From Actinomycetes bacterium (GTDB taxonomy: Bacteria; Actinomycetota; Thermoleophilia; BMS3ABIN01), in contig JAJRWQ010000042.1 in NCBI GenBank assembly GCA_024276735.1, forward strand, positions 4,563 through 68,562: a DNA stretch of 64,000 bases. Direction: 5' to 3'. The notes beneath the pieces are model-generated. The model saw only the letters and a list, made by a program, of their open reading frames with translations. It had not been told where the DNA came from and made no database searches. Both the position numbers and the translations under genes were made by a program. Below are positions 38,330 through 47,051 of the stretch, piece by piece; position 1 is the stretch's first letter; the number at the start of each line of letters is the position of its first letter.

Positions 38330-39733
38330 ATGAACAAGACCGCCGCGGCCGTGGCGGTAGTGGCGGGGCTGATCATCACCTACCTGTGGCTGGGAAATCC
38401 ACTGGTACTCCTTTTCCTGATCATCGGAACGGTGGCCCTGATCGCGGTTTCGGACCTCTACCGGGGCTTCATCATCCTCCTGGTGGCGACGCAGTTCAAC
38501 GGTTACCGCTTCAATGTCGGAGCCTATACCATCCGCATCGAACACCTGGTTCTCCTGCTGCTCATCATTGTCTGGACGGCCAATTTTCTGCAGGGCCGCG
38601 TCCGCTGGCACAAGACCATGCTCAACAAGCCGATACTGGCCTTGATCATCACGGGGTTCGTTTCCTCGTACCTGTTCTCACCGGACGTGGTGAAAAGCTA
38701 CCAGGGAGTAATGCTGCAGATGCTCTACATCAGCATGTACTTCATGGCAGTGAATGTTCTCCTCGAGTACCCCGACAAGGTCAAGCAGGTGATCAAGATC
38801 TTCCTGGTCATTGGCGTCGCTCACGCCGTCTGGGCGCTGGTGGCCCTGGTCTTGTACCAGGCCGGTGTTTTCGTGGGCGGCATTTCACCTGGTAATTTTG
38901 GTACCCTGGGTCTTCCCGCAACTAGGGGGTTCCTGCAGGAGAGCGACCTGATGGGCGCTTACGGCGGCGTAATACTGTTGTTACTGCTGGCTCATTTCAT
39001 CAGCTACCGGCCTACTTACCTGGCGCGTCGCTGGGTCCTGCTGGCGGCCATGATTCCGCCGTTCATCGTCATCATCACCGCCATGGCACGGGCGGCGTGG
39101 CTGGGCATCTCCTTCTGCCTGGTGTTGATGATCTTCATGCTTCGTCCCCGGTTCAACGTGATCAACCCCAAGACACTGGGCGTGTTGATTACATCGCTGG
39201 TACTTTTCGTGGCCCTGGTCTTTCCCACGGTCAACTACGTGATGTCGACCGTTTCGGGAACCGAGAACGCGCTGGTGAAGAGGATCCAGGCGATCCTCGA
39301 TTTTGAAAGCGGCTCCGGCGCCGGCAGGGTGAGGGTTCAGAAGCTGGCGATCGAAGAATGGAAGGAATCGCCGTGGCTGGGCAGTGGCCTGTTCTCGATC
39401 CAGGGCGAGGATCTCCCTTCCGGTCACTGGCTGTACAGTACGCTCATCCAGGCCCTGCACGATACCGGCCTGGTAGGTTTCCTGCTCACGCTATGGATTC
39501 ACCTGGGAGTGATCGTCAGCAGCTTCGCGGCGATGATGAAGACTCGTGACCCCTTCATGAAGGCGACACTCGTAGGCTTCGGCATGGGGGCGATCACCAT
39601 CGCCGTCTCGTCACAGGCATCTTCGTTCTTCTGGCTCGGGTTTCCCTGGTTGTTCATGGGCATCGTCATGGCGGTTTCCATCATGGCGAAGGGCGGGGTA
39701 ACGGTGGCCACGCGAACAGGTGGTGCGACGTAA
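38330..39733 (+). CDS. O-antigen ligase / Wzy-like polymerase family membrane protein, copy 2
   Basis: Polytopic; the ITAMARAAWLG motif is a Wzy_C-like loop. GGGAGG lies 8 nt before ATG 38330 (alternative ATG 38291). Confidence 0.6.
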   Translation: MNKTAAAVAVVAGLIITYLWLGNPLVLLFLIIGTVALIAVSDLYRGFIILLVATQFNGYRFNVGAYTIRIEHLVLLLLIIVWTANFLQGRVRWHKTMLNKPILALIITGFVSSYLFSPDVVKSYQGVMLQMLYISMYFMAVNVLLEYPDKVKQVIKIFLVIGVAHAVWALVALVLYQAGVFVGGISPGNFGTLGLPATRGFLQESDLMGAYGGVILLLLLAHFISYRPTYLARRWVLLAAMIPPFIVIITAMARAAWLGISFCLVLMIFMLRPRFNVINPKTLGVLITSLVLFVALVFPTVNYVMSTVSGTENALVKRIQAILDFESGSGAGRVRVQKLAIEEWKESPWLGSGLFSIQGEDLPSGHWLYSTLIQALHDTGLVGFLLTLWIHLGVIVSSFAAMMKTRDPFMKATLVGFGMGAITIAVSSQASSFFWLGFPWLFMGIVMAVSIMAKGGVTVATRTGGAT

Positions 39734-39737
39734 GGTC

Positions 39738-40877
39738 ATGCGGGTAGTCATCGACGCACATGCCATCGGCGAACGCCTGACCGGCAACGAAACGTACATC
39801 ACCAACCTGATCGACAACCTGGTTGCGCTGGATGGCGGGATGGAGCTGACGCTGCTGTTTACCCACAAGGATGCCGAAGAAGAATGGCGATCGAGGCACG
39901 ACGGGGTGAAAACAGTGCTGGTGAGACCCGCAAATCCACTGGTGAGAATCCCCCTGGCGATGCCACTGGTGTCGAGACTGCGGAAGGCCGATATTCTTCA
40001 TGTTCAATACGTGGGACCGCCGGTGTCATCGCTGCCACTGGTGGTCACCGTGCATGACATCTCCTACGAACATTACCCGGAGTTTTTCACGCGCCGGTAA
40101 GCGCTGCAGTTCAAGCTCACTATTCCCTACACCGCGCGCAAGGCTGCCAGGGTGTTGACCGTGTCCGAGTTCTGCCGCAAGGACATCATTGATCGCTATG
40201 GTTTGCCGGAAGACAAGGTGGTGGTGACGTATGACGGCGTCGACGCCCGCTTCTTCGAGCCAGCGACGCCCGGGGAGATCGAGCAAACGAGGAAGAAGTA
40301 CGGCATCGGTGATGCCTACATCCTCACCGTTGGCAATCTCCAGCCGCGGAAGAACCTGGTGAGACTGATCGCTGCTTACTCACGGTTGCGGCGGGCGCGG
40401 CCGGACATCCGTCACCAGCTGGTGATCGTGGGCAAGAAAGCCTGGAAATATCACCCGATCATGAAGTCGGTGAAAGATTCGCCCTGGGCGGACGATATCA
40501 TTCTCACCGATTACATTCCTGACGAAGACCTGCCCGCGCTCTACAGGGGTGCCGCGGTAATGGCGTACCCTTCGATGTTCGAGGGTTTCGGGCTGCCGCC
40601 ACTGGAGGCCATGGCGTGCGGCACGCCGGTGGTGGTATCGGATCGCTCGGCGCTGCCAGAGGTGGTTGGCGGTGCCGGCATCAAGGTCTACCCGTACGAT
40701 GTCGAGGAGATAGCGTCGGCCATCGCCGCCGTGCTGCTTGACGAGGATGTCGCTGCCTGGTTCGGGCGCGCCGGTGAGAAAAGGGCGACCCGCTTTACCT
40801 GGGAGCAGTGCGCGAAGAGAACCATGCAAGTATACGAAGAAGTCTACCGGATGGCACGCGGAAGGAGCGGAAATTGA
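39738..40877 (+). pseudogene. GT4 glycosyltransferase interrupted by an in-frame TAA at 40098-40100
   Basis: ORFs 39720..40100 and 40152..40877 share one frame. The junction reads ...[39 protein letters not shown], colinear with the GT4 consensus (...FF.RR.RLYF..L.P...R.AD.I.TVSE). C-terminal EGFGLP motif. Confidence 0.65.
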
Positions 40878-42019
40878 AGATTTCCATGCTGGGCACCAGG
40901 GGCATTCCGGCCAACTACAGCGGCTTCGAGACCGCCGTGGAGGCCATCAGTACCCGTCTGGCGGCAAGGGGACACCAGGTGAGCGTCTATTGCCGTCCCC
41001 ACATGGTGGACTTCGAGGGTGAAGATTACCGGGGGGTGCGCCTGGTGCACCTGCCCACGGTGAAGAACAAGTTTCTCGACACCATAGTGCATACGTTTAT
41101 CAGTACCGTGCACATGGGTATCTTCAATCGCCCGGACGTGGCCGTCTACTTCATTGCCGGCAACAGCCCTTGTGCCCTGCTGTCCCGGCTGCTTGGTATC
41201 CCGTCTCTCATCAATGTTGATGGCCTCGATTCGCATCGCCAGAAGTGGAACCGGCTGGCGAGGAAGTATATCCGCTTAGCCGAATGGTTTTCACCCGTTG
41301 CCGCCAACCGCGTCATTTCCGACTCCCGCGTCATAAAAAAATATTACCGGGAGCGCTACGGCAAGGACAGCGACTTCATCCCCTACGGGGCCGACGTGCT
41401 TCAGGAGCAAGGAACTGAAACCCTGGAACAGTTCGGGCTGGAGGCTGGCCAATATGTCCTGTTCGTCGGTCGCCCGGTGCCCGAGAACTGCGCCCACGTA
41501 CTCATCAAGGCTTTCGAGAAGATTGAAACCGACATGAAGCTGGTGATAGTCGGCGATGCGCCCTACGCGGAAGAGTACATCGACGAGTTGCGCGCCACGA
41601 AGGACGAGAGAGTGATTTTCACCGGCTACCTCTTTGGAGAAGGTTACCGCCAGCTGAGCTATCATTGCGGGGTGTTCGTAGTGCCCACGGAGGTTGGTGG
41701 CACCCACCCGGTAATCCTGGAGGCGATGGCGGCCGGCGCCTGCCTGCTGGTGAATAATCATCCACCCAACCTGGAGTGCATCGGTGATGCCGGTGCCAGT
41801 TACGATGGCAGCAGGGGTGAAGAGGGCCTGCGCGAGGAGCTAGAGAAGCTGCTGGACGACCCGGATCTCAGGCGGCGGTTGAAGAAGAAGGCAGTGGAGA
41901 GGGTGCGCAGCGAGTATAATTGGGACCGGGTGGCGTCCATGTACGAAGAGCTTTGCGGTCGTTACGCAAGGAAGGGTTTCAGGAAGTCCGGAAAGCCGCT
42001 GGGAGAGGGTGGAACATGA
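40874..42019 (+). CDS. GT4 glycosyltransferase with DUF1972-type N-terminus
   Basis: MKISMLGTRGIPANYSGFETAVE is the hallmark DUF1972 N-terminus, followed by a GT1/GT4 C-domain. TTG start at 40874 lies 5 nt after GGAGG and overlaps the upstream stop. Confidence 0.8.
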   Translation: MKISMLGTRGIPANYSGFETAVEAISTRLAARGHQVSVYCRPHMVDFEGEDYRGVRLVHLPTVKNKFLDTIVHTFISTVHMGIFNRPDVAVYFIAGNSPCALLSRLLGIPSLINVDGLDSHRQKWNRLARKYIRLAEWFSPVAANRVISDSRVIKKYYRERYGKDSDFIPYGADVLQEQGTETLEQFGLEAGQYVLFVGRPVPENCAHVLIKAFEKIETDMKLVIVGDAPYAEEYIDELRATKDERVIFTGYLFGEGYRQLSYHCGVFVVPTEVGGTHPVILEAMAAGACLLVNNHPPNLECIGDAGASYDGSRGEEGLREELEKLLDDPDLRRRLKKKAVERVRSEYNWDRVASMYEELCGRYARKGFRKSGKPLGEGGT

Positions 42020-43707
42020 GCAAGAATGACGAGAAGTTGCTGATAATCGGGTTCGATGGCGCCAGCCCGAACCTGTTGGAACGATGGGTGGAGGAAGGAA
42101 AGCTGCCCACGATTGCCAGGCTGATGGAAGAGGGAGCATACGGTTCCCTGCGCTCGGTGCCCACCATGAGCAGTCCCCCGGCGTGGTCCAGCCTGGTCAC
42201 CGGCAAGAATCCCGGCAAGCACGGCATCTTCGCCTTTACCGAGCGCAAATTCGACGAGTATCGATATTCATACGTGAACGGCTCCCACAGGAAGGAGCCC
42301 GCCTTCTGGAAGCTGCTGGGTGATGACCTGGTGCTCTGCATAATCAACGTTCCCATCTCCTATCCAGCCGAGAAAGTGAACGGTTGCATGATCGCCGGCC
42401 TGGATGCGCCGGGGGTCGACAGCAGCCGCGTCTGCTACCCGGAGGGATTGATCGAGGAGCTCACCGACAGGAACGGCCGCTACAGCATCATGCCGGACTT
42501 CGGCGGCTTTCTCAGGCGCGGCGCCCGCTGGGGGGCGACGCTCCGGGAATTCCTGGACTCAATGGACAGGCGCAGGCGGCACTCGGAATACCTGATGCAG
42601 AAGTACCCATGGGATCTATTCAAGGTAGTATTCAACGAGACCGACCTGGCACACCATTTCTTCTGGAAGTTCCAGGACCCGGAACACCCGGACTATCGCG
42701 AGAGCGAAGCACGCGAGTTCGGGGACGCGATTCTCAAGGTATACCAGAAGATGGACGAGATCACGGCGGCATTCATGCAGCAGGCGCCCGGTGCCACCGT
42801 GATGCTGGTCTCGGACCACGGGGGTGCCATCAATACCAGGGGCACCGAGCTGATAAACGACTGGCTGGCGAACCTTGGCCTGTACAGCCGGGACGAGAGA
42901 GGGGGAAAGGGGCTGCCCTCGCGTATCGTGGAGGCGGTAACGCGGAGCGGTTACAATCTCCTCACGAAGTATCTTTCACAGAGCCTGAAGCACAAGCTGG
43001 CGAGACGCATGCCGCAGATGCGCGAAAAGGCAGAGGCGGCCGTCCGCCTCAAGGATATCGACTGGTCGCGCACCCGAGCCTTCTGTGACGGTGCCCAGGA
43101 TGACATATGGATCAATCTCGCCGGCCGCGACCCCCAGGGAATAGTCGACGAGGGCGAATACGACCAGCTGTGTGACTTCATTTGCGAGGAGCTGGGCCAG
43201 GCCGTCGACGTGGTGACCGGCGAGAGCATCGTCGACGCCGTGTTCAGGCCCAGGGACGTGTACAGCGGCGACTACGTCCACAAGGCAGCCGACATCAGTG
43301 TCCGCTGGAAGACGGAAAAGGTCATATACGGAATCTCCACCCCTGCCTGCAAGGGCAAGGTGATCGAGCCGAAGAAGTGGACGTGGGAGGCGGATCATCC
43401 CAACGGCGGGCACAGCCTCGACGGCATCGTCCTTGCTGCCTGTGAAGGGATCAGGAGCGGTACCAGGGTGGAGGATGCCGAGATAGCGGACATTGCGCCA
43501 ACCGTTCTCTATCTCTTCGATCGCGAGATACCGGCCGACATGGACGGCAGGGTCCTGGAAGGTATTTTCGACGAGGACCGCCTCTCATCACGCCCACCGC
43601 GCATCGCCGCCACCGGCAGCGACAAGGTGCAGAAGGACGAGGATATCTACACCGACGAAGACTCCGACGTGATCGAAAAGCGCCTGCAGGACCTGGGTTA
43701 CATCTAG
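42016..43707 (+). CDS. alkaline-phosphatase-superfamily protein (PF01663-like), paralog 3, with C-terminal acidic linker and RLQDLGYI tail
   Basis: LLIIGFDGASPNLLE...VPTMSSPPAWSSLVTGKNPGKHGI. ATGA overlap with the upstream GT4. Confidence 0.75.
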   Translation: MSKNDEKLLIIGFDGASPNLLERWVEEGKLPTIARLMEEGAYGSLRSVPTMSSPPAWSSLVTGKNPGKHGIFAFTERKFDEYRYSYVNGSHRKEPAFWKLLGDDLVLCIINVPISYPAEKVNGCMIAGLDAPGVDSSRVCYPEGLIEELTDRNGRYSIMPDFGGFLRRGARWGATLREFLDSMDRRRRHSEYLMQKYPWDLFKVVFNETDLAHHFFWKFQDPEHPDYRESEAREFGDAILKVYQKMDEITAAFMQQAPGATVMLVSDHGGAINTRGTELINDWLANLGLYSRDERGGKGLPSRIVEAVTRSGYNLLTKYLSQSLKHKLARRMPQMREKAEAAVRLKDIDWSRTRAFCDGAQDDIWINLAGRDPQGIVDEGEYDQLCDFICEELGQAVDVVTGESIVDAVFRPRDVYSGDYVHKAADISVRWKTEKVIYGISTPACKGKVIEPKKWTWEADHPNGGHSLDGIVLAACEGIRSGTRVEDAEIADIAPTVLYLFDREIPADMDGRVLEGIFDEDRLSSRPPRIAATGSDKVQKDEDIYTDEDSDVIEKRLQDLGYI

Positions 43708-43760
43708 GTCTTCGGCGGGCACCATTCCGCCCGGCTCGCAGGCACGTCGGGCTTCCTGGC

Positions 43761-43790
43761 AACCGCAGCTGTAACCAGCTGCGGTTTTTC
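43761..43790 (+). terminator. rho-independent terminator of the polysaccharide operon
   Basis: AACCGCAGCTG-taac-CAGCTGCGGTT followed by TTTTTCT. Confidence 0.6.
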
Positions 43791-43907
43791 TCGGTGGACG
43801 CATCAAGGCCCGGGCACCAGTTTCCGAAACTAATAGTGGAACTAGCGTAAGACGCTTTCGGAAGTACCCTTAACAGGCACATGGTTCGGGGGAGGCACCG
43901 GCTTCCG

Positions 43908-44000
43908 AGAGCGATACCTGGAAAGGGCAAACCCGTCACGAGGCGGGGGCGCAAAGCCAAGGGTCTCTCCAGCTGGGAGACAGCCTGGCTGCCAAAGGGG
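43908..44000 (+). ncRNA. c-di-GMP-I (GEMM) riboswitch-like element in the 5' leader of the 44011 gene
   Basis: Contains the two signature blocks GGCAAACC and GGCGCAAAGCC in the right order and spacing (...CCTGGAAAGGGCAAACCCGTCACGAGGCGGGGGCGCAAAGCCAAGGGTCTCTCCAGCTGGGAGAC...), with a small hairpin between them (CGTC-acga-GGCG) and a second hairpin after them (GTCTCTCC-agct-GGGAGAC). Confidence 0.55.
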
Positions 44001-44010
44001 TAAGGTAACG

Positions 44011-45810
44011 GTGCCGAAGAAGAACGTGCTTCTGGCTGCTCTCGTGGGGGCCTTCTTCCTGATCCTGGTCGTAGCGGAGGCTCCCGTCAGCAGTTCCCTG
44101 GCGGGTGAAGTGGGGATTCCGCCGGGGTACGGAGCCGCCACCGGCGGCAACGGATTCGTATTTTCCGACGACACCTCCGCCAAGAAACTCACGCTGGAAA
44201 ATGCCAACCTGAAGATCGTCTGGCATTACGGTTACCAGAGGACCGAGTTCAACAACCGCGGCGGCGGCAACATCTACGAGCTGTACGACAAGCGTACCGA
44301 CCCCCAGGCGGTGCGTAACCTGGTGGGCAACATCGACTACGGGACCGGGAGCACTGGCCCGCCCCTGATCGGAATCGGTGGCCTGGGATCGACGTATCTC
44401 TACGGCGCCGGCCTGGGGAATCCGGCCACCGGCGACAATGGTCACTTCGCGCGGCTGGTCGACGGCAGCATGTCATATTATGTCGACGCCGACGGTAACG
44501 CCGTGTTCACCGCGGCCTACATCGTCAGGAAGTGGGTCCTGCCTTATTCACCGGACTCTCCTGACAATTACCGGGTGGACAAGAAATGGACGGTGTACCC
44601 GGAGGGGCAGATCAAGTACGAGGTGAAAGTGACGCTGCTGAGGGATTTCACTGCACCCGACCCGGGCATCGCCGAGCCTTATTACGGGTTCGTGTTCAGC
44701 CGGGATTACGGTTGGACCAAGGCGGCTGCCTGGAGGCACGATCGCCACGACGTCACCAGGCGCGGACCTTGCCAGAATACCGGTTCGGATGGTTACGCAA
44801 ACAGCGCCAACGGGTTCCTGACCTTCAACGACATCGACAGCAACGATCATGCCATCTCCGACCGTAACTACTCGTTGGGACATACGCAGTACTTCACGCT
44901 CTACGGGCAGCAGAACGGGGTTTCCGTCCGCGTGAAAATGGACAACGGTGGCAAGGGTTTCGAGAACGGCGGCCTCTTTGCCTTCGGGTCGGAGAAGTGG
45001 GGCGGCCTGGCCGAGAACGTGACCTCGGAGTTTTCCAATGCCAACCTGTTGCCAACGCAGGCTTCATACGGACTGGGCCGCGGCTACTCCATTCACTGGT
45101 ATGGGTGGTGGGGTGGCGGTGCTCCTCCACCGGAACGGTACCGCACGGCACACGCGGGAGAATCCTGGTCGGATACTTTCTCGATCGAGCTGCTGACCAA
45201 CAGCGACCTGGCCTCGCCCCGTGTCGAGAACGTGCGGACCACCGAAGAGATTTCTTCGGCGACGGTGGAATGGGATACCAACGTGGCCTCGAGCACCGTG
45301 CTCGAATACTGGGAGCGCGGCAGCAATACGCGCCACCGGGTGAGCGTGGATGGCTGGACTCCGAAACACAAGGTGGTGCTGAACTCGCTAAGGGCCGGAA
45401 AGACCTATGATTTCGAGATCGTCAGCGGCGACGGATCGGGCGAGACGCGCACCAGCGGTTCGTTTGCCACCAATGCCGGCGTCTTCCTCGACCTCGGCCA
45501 GGAATCCGTCAGGTGGGACAGTTATGCAGATTACACCAACCGCCTGCTGACTGTGGACTTCGTCGCCCGTAATCTCGGGAGCGAACCTTTCAACCAGGCG
45601 GAGATAGTAGCGGTTAACAACAGTTCGGGGGTTGAAACCAGGCGGTACACCGCGCAGCTCGGCGACCTCGCCGTCGGCGACAGCGTGCAGTTCCAGGTGG
45701 CCTACTTCGTGCCGGTGGGCGTGCGCTCATTCAAGACGGAGCTCGTTTTCAAGGGCTTCAACAGCAGCGGCACGGAAATCTTCTTCCCGCAGGTTCCTCC
45801 CGGGTTCTGA
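44011..45810 (+). CDS. large secreted protein of unknown function with a C-terminal fibronectin-III-like domain
   Basis: GTG start; signal peptide MPKKNVLLAALVGAFFLILVVAEA; Gly/Trp-rich middle; FN3-like segment (ENVRTTEEISSATVEWDTNVASSTVLEYWERGSNTRHRVSVDGWTPKHKVVLNSLRAGKTYDFEIVSGDG). Confidence 0.55.
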   Translation: MPKKNVLLAALVGAFFLILVVAEAPVSSSLAGEVGIPPGYGAATGGNGFVFSDDTSAKKLTLENANLKIVWHYGYQRTEFNNRGGGNIYELYDKRTDPQAVRNLVGNIDYGTGSTGPPLIGIGGLGSTYLYGAGLGNPATGDNGHFARLVDGSMSYYVDADGNAVFTAAYIVRKWVLPYSPDSPDNYRVDKKWTVYPEGQIKYEVKVTLLRDFTAPDPGIAEPYYGFVFSRDYGWTKAAAWRHDRHDVTRRGPCQNTGSDGYANSANGFLTFNDIDSNDHAISDRNYSLGHTQYFTLYGQQNGVSVRVKMDNGGKGFENGGLFAFGSEKWGGLAENVTSEFSNANLLPTQASYGLGRGYSIHWYGWWGGGAPPPERYRTAHAGESWSDTFSIELLTNSDLASPRVENVRTTEEISSATVEWDTNVASSTVLEYWERGSNTRHRVSVDGWTPKHKVVLNSLRAGKTYDFEIVSGDGSGETRTSGSFATNAGVFLDLGQESVRWDSYADYTNRLLTVDFVARNLGSEPFNQAEIVAVNNSSGVETRRYTAQLGDLAVGDSVQFQVAYFVPVGVRSFKTELVFKGFNSSGTEIFFPQVPPGF

Positions 45811-45846
45811 GGTGCAGGCAACAGCGGCGTCGGGTGAAAAAGTCCC

Positions 45847-46950
45847 TCAACGCCTGAAGATACCCTTCAAAAAATCTGTGGCCACCCCGCGGTTCTTGTA
45901 GCCCGCCTTCAGCAGCGTTTTCGCCTTGCCCAGGGCGCCGGACTTCACCTCGGCGGCCTTTGCGGAATCGCCCTTGCTGGCAAAGGGCCTGGCCATTATC
46001 TCCCGCAGAACCTCCAGCCTGTCCCGGTAGCCGTTGACCAGGATCAGCTTCCATAGCCTGCGGGGCAGGTGGTCGGCAAGTATATCCTCCTCGATTATCC
46101 CGGTCAGCCTTTCACCCCACCAGCCGGCGCCAGCCTGGGCGCGAATATCCGCCATGAATGCCGGGGGGGCATGGGCACCCAGTACGTCGGTGGCCAGGCG
46201 GAGGGAATAGTAGACGCACCTGCTTATGCCGTGAACGGCGGAATCTGCCAGCACCTGCTCCCAGTCCATGGCATCGCCGTATTCAACCAGCACGGCATGG
46301 ATATCGGTCAATTCACGCAGGTTCTCCCAGTGATGCTTGTACTGGTGCAGGCACAGGTGCATCAGCTGGTTCTCGGGCGAGAAGATGAGCACCTCCTTCC
46401 CGCCGACTTTCTTTTTCACTGCCTTCCGGTGGAAGCGTTCGATGTCGATGCTGTAAGGAGCCAGCTTGTCCAGGAGGTCCCAGTGAATCTCGGCGACGGT
46501 ACCCTGGTTCACGTACGACCACTCGCAGCCCAGTTGCTCGTTGAGGTGATCGGGATTGCGATAACACCCCGATACGAGCTCGTATCCCAGCCTGGGCATG
46601 ATCTCTTTTGCTGCCGGAAGATCCTGCCTGCGGATCAGCAGATCGAGGTCGGTAAAAGGCCGCAATCCCGGGTCCGGGTAAACGGTCATGCACAGCGCAG
46701 GTCCCTTGAGGATGAAAAGGGGAATTCCCCTGTCGTTGAATGCCTCCAGCAACGGTTCCAGACGTTTCATCAGCCGACTGTTGTTCATGAGCGAGTAGAC
46801 GTAGGATTTCCTGAGTCCTTCGAAAATCTCGCCGGGGACGGCGTCGCGGCCAGCATCTTCGACAGATCCCAGGTGATGGAAGAGCAGCGGCGAGACGCGG
46901 TGGCGGTTCGACTTGTCGAGCACCCAGCGCCAGTCCTGGATCGATCGCAC
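45847..46950 (-). CDS. PF14907-type nucleotidyltransferase-family protein (as found in lasso/RiPP tailoring clusters)
   Basis: Pol-beta-like NTase core LFILKGPALCMTVYPDPGLRPFTDLDLLIRRQDL (G..........RP..D.D pattern). GTG start. Last gene of the minus-strand operon. Confidence 0.6.
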   Translation of the reverse strand: MRSIQDWRWVLDKSNRHRVSPLLFHHLGSVEDAGRDAVPGEIFEGLRKSYVYSLMNNSRLMKRLEPLLEAFNDRGIPLFILKGPALCMTVYPDPGLRPFTDLDLLIRRQDLPAAKEIMPRLGYELVSGCYRNPDHLNEQLGCEWSYVNQGTVAEIHWDLLDKLAPYSIDIERFHRKAVKKKVGGKEVLIFSPENQLMHLCLHQYKHHWENLRELTDIHAVLVEYGDAMDWEQVLADSAVHGISRCVYYSLRLATDVLGAHAPPAFMADIRAQAGAGWWGERLTGIIEEDILADHLPRRLWKLILVNGYRDRLEVLREIMARPFASKGDSAKAAEVKSGALGKAKTLLKAGYKNRGVATDFLKGIFRR

Positions 46951-47051
46951 CAGGAGACCCAGTCTTTCCTGTTCGCCCGGCTCAAGCGCGACACGTTAAC
47001 AAAGCAGCATCAGTTGCTTTTCCGGGAGATGGTTCGTTCCGGGTTGACCGT

